Assembly (NCBI GenBank): GCA_964474705.1
Contig: CAYYUI010000007.1
Location: forward strand, 15,061 to 79,060
Length of the DNA: 64,000 nucleotides
Direction: 5' to 3'
Origin: an uncultured bacterium
GTDB lineage: Bacteria > Muiribacteriota > Ozemobacteria > Ozemobacterales > Ozemobacteraceae
Each line of letters begins with the position of its first letter. The stretch's first letter is position 1. Below are positions 45,291 through 53,493 of this stretch, piece by piece. The translations under genes were made by a program, and so were the position numbers. Under the pieces are notes generated by a model. It was given only the letters and a program-made list of their open reading frames with translations, was not told where the DNA came from and did no database searches.

Positions 45291-46639
45291 ATTTTCTCAA
45301 TAAAAGAGGTTCGGAAAGCAGATTTTATCTGACAGTCATTGTGTTCTGTCTGTTGCCATTTACTCTAGTGGCTGATAGTAGCAGGGATGATGCCGCAGTT
45401 TCGAATTTTACCCTGCAGCAGTGCGTTGATGCAGCCCTTAAGACAAATCCTGCGGTTCTGGGGGCCGAAGACGCGGTAGAAATTTCGAGGCAGAAACTAA
45501 AATTTGCATCAAGCCAGAACCTGCCCAGGTTGAAAGCAGAAGAAACCTATACCGGCATGCGCCATATTCCGCAGATTGAGATGCCGGGTGCCGGGGCGAT
45601 CAGTATGGGGCAGGATGAATTTCAGGTCGATACCCTAAGATTTTCGCAACCGCTTTATACGGGTGGTGCGATCAGAAATAGCATCAAAGCTGCCAGATCG
45701 GCCGTGAATCTGCAGTCTCATCTTGCAAAAAGTCGGCGTGAAGACATTGCTCAAGCAGTAGCGGAAGCATGGTTTGGTTTTCTCGGTGCCCGGGCCATGG
45801 AAGAAGTTGCGTCGCAGGCTTTGCATAACCATCTTGGCCATGAAAAGAATGTCGAGAACATGATGGAAGCGGGGGTTGCAGTCAGAGACGATCTGCTGAA
45901 AGTTCAGGTGGCAATTCTCGAGCGGCGCGAAAATATCGTTATGGCTGCGAATGGCGTTGATCTCGCTCTTTCGCGTCTGGAAATGCTTTCCGGGTTGCAG
46001 CTGGAACCTGCGATGCTTTCAGAGTCCGATACAATAATTCCGCAGATTAATGAAGAAGAAGCTCAGACAATCGCTTCCCGTAGTCACCCGCTACTTTCTT
46101 CATTTAAAGAAGCGGTAAAGATTCATGCCTCTTCAGAAAAAGCCGCCAAAGGGGAACTTCTTCCCTCTGTTGCCGTGCAATGGAACTGGAATTCAGGCAC
46201 ACAGAGCAATGACGCTCAGGATAACTGGGATGCAACGCTTTATGTCGGCCTCAATCTGTTTGACGGGGGGCAGACGCGCAGCAAAATACGCGAGGCAGGT
46301 GCAGCCCGCAGTAAAGCCTCCCATGATCTTGAAGACATGCAGCGCAATATAAGTCTGGCCATTCATCAGGCGGCTCTGCGAATTGAAGAAGCCGAAGCCA
46401 GGCTTGCTCTTTCAGGTCAGGCCGAAAAGCAGGCGGCTGAGTCGCTGCGCCTGACCGAGGAACGCTTCAAGGCTGGAGCAGTAACTTCTCAGCATCTTCT
46501 CGATGCCGAGTCAGCTCTGGTTTCTGCGCGTCAGAGGAGAGTTTCGGCAAATTTGGATCGTGAACTTGCCCGCGTGGCATTACTGCATGCCTGCGGCAAC
46601 CTTGAACAGGCAATAGTAACAGCAAAGGAAGACAAATGA
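45287..46639 (+). CDS. TolC-family outer membrane efflux protein.
   Basis: Signal peptide plus two OEP repeats with coiled-coil alpha-barrel segments. 450 aa, with overlapping start/stop codons in an operon. Confidence 0.8.
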   Translation: MNFLNKRGSESRFYLTVIVFCLLPFTLVADSSRDDAAVSNFTLQQCVDAALKTNPAVLGAEDAVEISRQKLKFASSQNLPRLKAEETYTGMRHIPQIEMPGAGAISMGQDEFQVDTLRFSQPLYTGGAIRNSIKAARSAVNLQSHLAKSRREDIAQAVAEAWFGFLGARAMEEVASQALHNHLGHEKNVENMMEAGVAVRDDLLKVQVAILERRENIVMAANGVDLALSRLEMLSGLQLEPAMLSESDTIIPQINEEEAQTIASRSHPLLSSFKEAVKIHASSEKAAKGELLPSVAVQWNWNSGTQSNDAQDNWDATLYVGLNLFDGGQTRSKIREAGAARSKASHDLEDMQRNISLAIHQAALRIEEAEARLALSGQAEKQAAESLRLTEERFKAGAVTSQHLLDAESALVSARQRRVSANLDRELARVALLHACGNLEQAIVTAKEDK

Positions 46640-47949
46640 TCGCCTTTACCGCCAGAGAAAAAAGTATTTCATCATCCGTTCAATTTCAGCCTCACTTTGC
46701 ATCCGGAAAATCTGAAAAAATGAGGCTTAAGCCTGTTCTGGCAGTTATTCAGAGCTTTCTGCTGCTCTGCGTTTTTTCAATCACGGGATCGATTCTTTCT
46801 GCAGCCGGCAACGACCCGGTTCCGGTAACTCTCATCGCCCCGATTCAAGGCACTACCGAATGGATCGAAAAAACTACCGGACAGCTGGTGGCACCGAGGC
46901 GCGCGATTCTGAAAATCAGAAACAGCGGTTATGTCGGCAAGGTTATGGTTAGAGAGGGTGACCGGGTTAAAAAGGGCCAGCCCCTTGCCGTTCTTGATCT
47001 TGAAGATGCTGAGATCAATCTTCAGAGTGCCTGCATGAGTGCAAAGTCTGCAGAAACTCAGATAGAAGCAGCCAAAGCCGCGCTTGAAACCGCTAATGTC
47101 GCCCGGCAGCAGGCATCGATACGCCTCGAAACCACGACTCTTGATTTCGAGAGAGCGAAAGCACTGCGGGCAAAAGACACTATTCCGCAACAGCAGCTCG
47201 ATCACATGGAAGGCGAATATAAACTTGCCATGAATGCGATCCAGGTCGCCGACAGCCAGATCAAGCAGGCAAGAGCGGCTCAGACGGCCGCAGAATCTAT
47301 GCATGCACTGGCCAGGGTCGGGGTTCGCAACGCTGAAAAGCGTCTCAAAGATTCTTCTCTGTTTGCACCTTTTGACGGGCTGATTGTGGCGAAAACCCTT
47401 ATGGAGGAAGAACACAGCGAGGGTCAGTCGATATCGATCGTCGATGATTCGGTTCTTGAATTGAAGGCGCGTCTGCCTGAACGTATTCTGCCATTCATCC
47501 GCCTCGGTGCCAGAGTGATGCTTCATTCGCCGTTACTGTCGAAACCCGTTGAATCAGGTGTAAACACTGTCATTCCCGCGATAGATCCACAGACCCTCAC
47601 ATTTGAAATTATTACTTTGGTTTCTAACGATGAGCATAAGCTCAGTCACGGCGGTTATGCCGATGTTGATGTCGTTATCCGCGAAGAAAAGGGCTATCCG
47701 GTAGTCCCAAACAGTATAGTCCAGATTGCCAGCACAACCGATGCGCTGCCGGGCGAGCCTCGTTCCGCCTGGGTTTATACCGTCAATGATGGAAAAGCCT
47801 GTCGGACTCCTGTTACAGTCGGTCTGACAAGGAATAGTATGGTTTCGATTCTTGCAGGTCTTGCCTCGGGTACTATGATTGTCGACAAGGGCTTCAATCT
47901 TCTGTCTGACGGTGTTCAGGTCAGAGTCGACAGTGAGGCAAATCAATGA
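46636..47949 (+). CDS. RND efflux periplasmic adaptor (HlyD/AcrA-family membrane fusion protein). Start possibly at MRLKPVLAVIQ, about 46720.
   Basis: Order is lipoyl/biotinyl hairpin, then coiled coil, then beta-barrel. Lies between the OMP gene and the RND pump gene. Confidence 0.8.
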   Translation: MIAFTAREKSISSSVQFQPHFASGKSEKMRLKPVLAVIQSFLLLCVFSITGSILSAAGNDPVPVTLIAPIQGTTEWIEKTTGQLVAPRRAILKIRNSGYVGKVMVREGDRVKKGQPLAVLDLEDAEINLQSACMSAKSAETQIEAAKAALETANVARQQASIRLETTTLDFERAKALRAKDTIPQQQLDHMEGEYKLAMNAIQVADSQIKQARAAQTAAESMHALARVGVRNAEKRLKDSSLFAPFDGLIVAKTLMEEEHSEGQSISIVDDSVLELKARLPERILPFIRLGARVMLHSPLLSKPVESGVNTVIPAIDPQTLTFEIITLVSNDEHKLSHGGYADVDVVIREEKGYPVVPNSIVQIASTTDALPGEPRSAWVYTVNDGKACRTPVTVGLTRNSMVSILAGLASGTMIVDKGFNLLSDGVQVRVDSEANQ

Positions 47950-50900
47950 TTCTTGCCGATTCATCGATCAGGAGACCAGTAACCACGATCATGGCTTATC
48001 TGGCCATCGCTCTTTTCGGCATACTCTGTTACCTGGGGCTGGGGGTCGATGAATTTCCCGAAGTCGATATGCCAACCGTCACCGTAACCTGTGTTTATCG
48101 CGGGGCCAGCCCCGAAACCATGGAATCGAAAGTTGCCGATAAACTTGAAGAACAGCTGAATTCCATCAATGGCATAGAAAGCGTCAGGTCGGTCTGTTCA
48201 GAAAATATTGCCCGGGTTATTGCCGAGTTCAAGCTTGAGCGTAACATCGATGTCGCAGTTCAGGATGTTCGCGACAAGGTCGCCGGAATCAGAAGCATTC
48301 TGCCTGACGCAATGGATGATCCGGTAGTTGAAAAGTTCGATACCGGTGCCATCCCCATCATGACTCTGGCAATTTCTGGAAATCTGTCGGTGGCAGAGCT
48401 TTCCAGACACGTCAAGGATGTAGTCAAATCTCGTCTGCAAAGTATTCCGGGTGTTGGTTCGATCAGGGAACTCGGGGTTCGTGATCGCGAAATCAAGATA
48501 TGGATCGATAATAATCGATTGAACGCTCATCAACTGTCGGTGGCCGAAGTTGTCATGGCTGTTAAATCCAAGAACATCGAGATTCCTGCCGGCAAGATCG
48601 AGAACGACCGTAACGAGTTCGTGGTTAAAACCATGGGCGAACTGACCGACGTCGAAGCGTTCAGGCGTCTGACAATTGCAACCGTGAATCAGACTCCGAT
48701 TCATCTTGGCGAAATCGCCGACGTTGAAGACACTGTCGAAGATGAAACTTCGGTTGCCATGACCGACGGTAGGCCAATAGTCAGTCTTCAGGTTCAGAAA
48801 CAGTCAGGTGCAAATGCGGTCAAAGCGGCCCGGATGCTGAAAGAGGCTATTGCTGAGCTCAATCTCAATGCCCCACAGGGAGTAAAAATCCGGATTATCA
48901 TAGATACGACTCCATTTGCAGAAGAGTCGGTGCATTCAACGATGGTGGATATCGTAGTCGGCGGGGTACTGGCAGTTCTGGTAATTCTGTTTTTTCTGCG
49001 CAATGTCAGGTCTACCCTTATCTCGGCCCTGGCAATTCCATCATCGCTTCTGGCTGCCTTCATATTTATGCGGGTACTCGGTCTGACACTGAATACCATG
49101 ACTACCATGGCTCTGTCGTTGTCGGTAGGTCTGCTTATCGATGATGCGATTGTCGTTATCGAAAATATCTTCAGGCATCTGCGCCTGGGAAAACCACCGG
49201 CTCAGGCCGCCGGGGACGCTACCGAGGAAATCGGTCAGGCAGTTACTGCAACGACTTTTTCTCTGGTTGCCGTGTTTCTGCCGGTTGCTCTTATGAGCGG
49301 GATCGTGGGCCGTTTCCTCTATCATTTCGGCATTACGGTAACCGGAACGGTTCTGGTGTCACTGGTCGTCAGTTTTACACTTACCCCGATGCTGGCGGCG
49401 CGCTACCTTGAAAAGGAAGAGCACGAGAACGCGGTGGCAAGGTTTTTCGGCAGCATTCTCGATATGGTCGACGAGACTTATCGACGCATTCTTGCTTATG
49501 TTCTTGAACACCGCAATCTCATTCTGGTTTCCGGCGCTGCAATTCTGCTGCTGATCTGGGCATTGAGCGGCTTTATAGCATATGAATTCAAACCGCAGGT
49601 TGATAAAAGCCTGTTTCTGGTAAATTTCCGCACACCGGCAGGCACCTCTCTTGAGGGCTCCCGCAACATTGCCAGGGAGGCAGAAGGAAAAATTATCGCG
49701 CCGATAAAGGAATGGGTAACTTCTTCTTTGCTGACAGTCGCTGCTGACCCGCTTGAAGACCCGACCAAATGCACTATCACCCTTAATCTCAAACCGCGCA
49801 GCGAACGCCCTGGCCTGTCTCAACTGCAGCTTATGGATATGGTCAGAAAGACCTTGAGCGCAATTCCGGGTATTGAACGTGGCTCTGTTGAAGAGCATGA
49901 TCCGATGGCTGCCGGTATCGGGGCTGCCAACCAGCAGATGACTTATTCCCTGCTCGGGCCTGATTTTAAAGTTCTGGATGATTTGGCCGACCGCATAACG
50001 GCCTGGATGAAGCAGACTGGCGGTTTTGTCGATATAGTCGACACCCGCGAACCTGGCAAGCCTGAATTGCGGGTACGCCTGCTGCGCGAGCGTATGGATA
50101 CTCTTGGTGTCAATGTCGGGGCTCTGGCAACGACTCTGAATCTTCTGGTTGGCGGCCAGCAGGCAATTACACAGTTCAAAGCCGACGGGCGTCAATACGA
50201 CGTCAAAATGCGCCTGCAGAAAACTTTTCGTGAAAACACTGAGTATCTGCCAAATCTGATGGTGCGAACCAATGATGGCGGACGCACTGTGCCTCTCGCC
50301 AATCTTACCGAGTTTTCGGTCGAACCGGGTGCTGCCGCAATCAACCGTTTTAACCGGGCGCGCGAAATCCGGATTGGCTGTAATCTCGAGGGCAAAGTGC
50401 AGAGTTCCGCAAGTAGAGAATTTGAGGCTGAAATGAAGAAACTGCTGCCCCCGGGTTATCGAATCCAGCCGCAGGGATTGTCGAAAGTGCAGAAAGAAGC
50501 TGCGGAAGGTATGATTTTTGCCGCGCTCATAGCGGCTCTGCTGGTATACATGCTTCTGGCCTCACAGTTCGAAAACTACCTGCACCCTCTGACGATCATG
50601 ACTTCGGTGCCTCTGGGCGTAATCGGTGCTATCTTCGCTCTGATTATAACCCAGGCAAGAGTTGACGTCATGACCATGATTGGCTTTCTGATGCTGATGG
50701 GCCTGGTTGTTAAAAATGGTATTCTGCTCGTCGAGTTCATCAATCAGCAGCGCGAGCATGGCCTCAGTCGTCGCGAAGCGATTCTGGCCGCCGGTCCGAT
50801 CAGATTGCGGCCGATTATAATGACCAGCGCCTGCATGATCGGCGGAATGATTCCGCCGGCCATTTCGACCGGTCCGGGCTCCGAAATGCGTGTCGGCATG

Positions 50901-51032
50901 GCTATTGCCGTTATAGGAGGCCTGATCACCTCGACTCTGTTGACGCTGCTTTTTGTGCCGGTTATTTACGAGCTTCTCGAAGATATCTGCACTTATTTTG
51001 GTTTTCAGACATTTCGTGAAAAGCGGTCATGA
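47946..51032 (+). CDS. RND family efflux transporter permease (AcrB/HAE1-like).
   Basis: 1028 aa with 12 TM segments and two large periplasmic loops. Conserved TM4 Asp region (LLIDDAIVVIENI). Confidence 0.9.
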   Translation: MILADSSIRRPVTTIMAYLAIALFGILCYLGLGVDEFPEVDMPTVTVTCVYRGASPETMESKVADKLEEQLNSINGIESVRSVCSENIARVIAEFKLERNIDVAVQDVRDKVAGIRSILPDAMDDPVVEKFDTGAIPIMTLAISGNLSVAELSRHVKDVVKSRLQSIPGVGSIRELGVRDREIKIWIDNNRLNAHQLSVAEVVMAVKSKNIEIPAGKIENDRNEFVVKTMGELTDVEAFRRLTIATVNQTPIHLGEIADVEDTVEDETSVAMTDGRPIVSLQVQKQSGANAVKAARMLKEAIAELNLNAPQGVKIRIIIDTTPFAEESVHSTMVDIVVGGVLAVLVILFFLRNVRSTLISALAIPSSLLAAFIFMRVLGLTLNTMTTMALSLSVGLLIDDAIVVIENIFRHLRLGKPPAQAAGDATEEIGQAVTATTFSLVAVFLPVALMSGIVGRFLYHFGITVTGTVLVSLVVSFTLTPMLAARYLEKEEHENAVARFFGSILDMVDETYRRILAYVLEHRNLILVSGAAILLLIWALSGFIAYEFKPQVDKSLFLVNFRTPAGTSLEGSRNIAREAEGKIIAPIKEWVTSSLLTVAADPLEDPTKCTITLNLKPRSERPGLSQLQLMDMVRKTLSAIPGIERGSVEEHDPMAAGIGAANQQMTYSLLGPDFKVLDDLADRITAWMKQTGGFVDIVDTREPGKPELRVRLLRERMDTLGVNVGALATTLNLLVGGQQAITQFKADGRQYDVKMRLQKTFRENTEYLPNLMVRTNDGGRTVPLANLTEFSVEPGAAAINRFNRAREIRIGCNLEGKVQSSASREFEAEMKKLLPPGYRIQPQGLSKVQKEAAEGMIFAALIAALLVYMLLASQFENYLHPLTIMTSVPLGVIGAIFALIITQARVDVMTMIGFLMLMGLVVKNGILLVEFINQQREHGLSRREAILAAGPIRLRPIIMTSACMIGGMIPPAISTGPGSEMRVGMAIAVIGGLITSTLLTLLFVPVIYELLEDICTYFGFQTFREKRS

Positions 51033-51164
51033 GTATTGTATCTGGCTCCACATCTCCGCCAGTTCCCTGCAGATGCCTTTCGGAACCCTTTGTTTTGGCA
51101 GGGTATATTGACGTAAAGTAGAATTGCCGGTTATACTGACCTTGCAGACACTGTTAGTGAGATC

Positions 51165-52370
51165 GTGTTTGAAAGGGGAGTCTTGATGCCGCTCGTTCTG
51201 AACGACAAACGTGTTGTCGTGTTTCAGCCTGCGTCGAAAGATGATATCAGCGCGATCATCGACCTTTACATCAAGGTTTATAAAGGCAAATACACCCTCC
51301 CGGAAGTCGCAGACCCTGCTATTATTGCCAAAAAGGTAGAAGATCCTGCCTATTTCTGGACAGTTGCCAAAATAGAAGGCCGCCTCATCGGGTCAGTGAT
51401 TTTTGCCATCGACCCGGTCAACAAGATTGGCAAATCATACGCTGCTTCAGTGCTTAATGAATTTCGCGGTCAGGACGTCATGCGCACCATGGTCAGGCAC
51501 GGTCTGCAGCTGCTCACAGAAAAGACCCGCACCTGCGACATCATTTATGCAACCACCAGAACAGTCAGTTTTGCTCCTCAGGTGGTTCTTGAACATCTTG
51601 GTTTCATGTCTACCGGCATTTTTCCGAATGTGCGCAAAGTTGAATCCTTCGAGACACATGGGCTCGAGGTTTTTATGGGGCCTAAATGCCTTGAATACCG
51701 CCGCAAATGCCCGAAGCTGATTCCGGAAATGCTTGATTTCTATAATATCATCAGAGGCGATCTGAATCTTGAAGAGCCTGAGACTGTGGTTCTAGAGAGT
51801 GAAGACCCTCGCAGGATGGGCCCGGCCATCACCTTTGACGTTTTGACTGATGAAGATGCCGTCATCGAAAGGTTTTATCGCTATCAGGACAAAGACCTCA
51901 TGAAGAAGGTTTTCTTTCCTTTTACCGACCCTAATATGCTGTTTTCAGCCAAAGATGGCACTTCTGACATTTTCGTCAATTTCAATCCACTCGATGGCAA
52001 CGGAGTTATGGTCGGCTATCGGCATGCCGGTAAAGACCTGCGCAATACTCTGATGTGGTTCTGCGAAGAGGCTGCCAAATCAGGGATGCGTTATATTGAA
52101 ATGCTGGTGAGTGCTTTTTTGCCAAAGAAACAGCGGCTGGCTCTCGATGCAAAATTTCTTCCCTGCGCCTATTTCCCGGCCATGAAGATGTGCGATGACG
52201 GGCTGCGTGAAGACTTTCTCGTATTTTCCAGGTCGTTTGAAAGCCTCGATTTTATGGATATGCACCTGGTCGACAATAACAGGCGTTTTCTCGATGCGTT
52301 CATGAAATGCTGGTATGACCTTCTGGTCAGATGCCAGCCTGATTTTGACGAGGAGTGGAGAATTGGCTGA
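51165..52370 (+). CDS. Hypothetical protein, possibly a tandem GNAT-like acyltransferase fold (uncertain). First gene of the LuxE/LuxC-like cassette.
   Basis: N-terminal half shows a GNAT-like pattern (beta strand VVFQPAS, GRLIGSVIFAID, FRGQDVMRTMVRHGL...LEHLGF). The C-terminal half is a second, degenerate repeat. No confident family assignment. Confidence 0.55.
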   Translation: MFERGVLMPLVLNDKRVVVFQPASKDDISAIIDLYIKVYKGKYTLPEVADPAIIAKKVEDPAYFWTVAKIEGRLIGSVIFAIDPVNKIGKSYAASVLNEFRGQDVMRTMVRHGLQLLTEKTRTCDIIYATTRTVSFAPQVVLEHLGFMSTGIFPNVRKVESFETHGLEVFMGPKCLEYRRKCPKLIPEMLDFYNIIRGDLNLEEPETVVLESEDPRRMGPAITFDVLTDEDAVIERFYRYQDKDLMKKVFFPFTDPNMLFSAKDGTSDIFVNFNPLDGNGVMVGYRHAGKDLRNTLMWFCEEAAKSGMRYIEMLVSAFLPKKQRLALDAKFLPCAYFPAMKMCDDGLREDFLVFSRSFESLDFMDMHLVDNNRRFLDAFMKCWYDLLVRCQPDFDEEWRIG

Positions 52371-53490
52371 AGCAAAACCATTTGCCGCGTGTGGCGAACT
52401 TTTTGACGTTTCTGACGCTTTCGATCACAACCCTTATACCGGCCAGCTTTTTGACCGGGCCATGAACGAGGCACTGCGCTGGCATGCAGCCCGGTGCCCT
52501 GAATTCCGGGCATTTCTTTCCTGTGCCGGTCTGGGTGATTTCGACCAGGACTGCGCCCCTGAACAGATACCACCTCTACTGGTCACCATCTTCAAAGAAT
52601 TCAGGCTGATATCAGTGCCTGAAAAACAGGTCAAGATCGAATTGACCTCGTCCGGTACCGGTGGCCGCAAAAGCGCTATTGTGCTTGACCACCGCTCTTA
52701 TCGCCGTATTCTGAAGATCGTAAACAGTATTTTTGCTTCTCTGGGCATGGTCGATCACTCGCAAAAGGTTAATTATCTCTGTTTTACTTACGATCCGAAA
52801 GTTGCCGGAAATGTCGGCACCGCATTTTCAGATAAAATGCTCACTGGCCTGACTGCCAGACGCTCAGTCTTTTATGCCATCCGCTGGAACCATAACGCCA
52901 ATGATTTTGAATTCGATCTAGAAGCTACGGTTAAAAAGCTGATCGAGTTCAGTCGCCGTCCCGAACCAGTTAGAATTCTGGGGTTTCCAGCCTACCTCTG
53001 GCAGGTATGCAATCGCCTTGATGAGAAGGGCATGCGTCTGAATCTCGGTAAAAATTCATATATCATTACCGGTGGCGGCTGGAAGATGCACAAAGACCTC
53101 GAGGTGACCAAAGATATATTCAAGGATCGCATTGAGAAAGTTCTTGGCATGCCACGTCAGAATCTGCGTGACCTGTTTGGCATGGTTGAACACGGGATTC
53201 CCTACGTAGACTGCGAAGCCGGGCGGCTGCATGTCCCGGTGTTTGCCCGCGCGCTGGCGGTCGACCCCGAGACTCTGCAACCGGTCAAAGATGGCGAAGA
53301 AGGCCTGCTCTATCTCATGACCCCATATCTTTCCAGCTACCCTTCGATAGCCTTGCTGACTACCGACAAAGCGATCATCGAGGGCGACTGCCCCTGTGGC
53401 CGCCCCGGAAAAACCTTTCGCATAAGCGGCAGAGCCGGACTGGCCAAGCACAAGGGCTGCGCCATCACCGCGCTCGATCTGCTTAAATAA
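52315..53490 (+). CDS. LuxE-family acyl-protein synthetase (long-chain fatty acid-luciferin-component ligase homolog). An alternative TTG start at 52363 has an AGGAG RBS and overlaps the upstream stop.
   Basis: Direct motif matches to Vibrio LuxE: TSSGTGG (vs TSSGTNG), YIITGGGWK (identical), HVPVFARALAVDPETLQPVKDG (vs [22 protein letters not shown]), and C-terminal KHKGCAI (vs TQKGCAL). Confidence 0.85.
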   Translation: MTFWSDASLILTRSGELAEAKPFAACGELFDVSDAFDHNPYTGQLFDRAMNEALRWHAARCPEFRAFLSCAGLGDFDQDCAPEQIPPLLVTIFKEFRLISVPEKQVKIELTSSGTGGRKSAIVLDHRSYRRILKIVNSIFASLGMVDHSQKVNYLCFTYDPKVAGNVGTAFSDKMLTGLTARRSVFYAIRWNHNANDFEFDLEATVKKLIEFSRRPEPVRILGFPAYLWQVCNRLDEKGMRLNLGKNSYIITGGGWKMHKDLEVTKDIFKDRIEKVLGMPRQNLRDLFGMVEHGIPYVDCEAGRLHVPVFARALAVDPETLQPVKDGEEGLLYLMTPYLSSYPSIALLTTDKAIIEGDCPCGRPGKTFRISGRAGLAKHKGCAITALDLLK

Positions 53491-53493
53491 CGG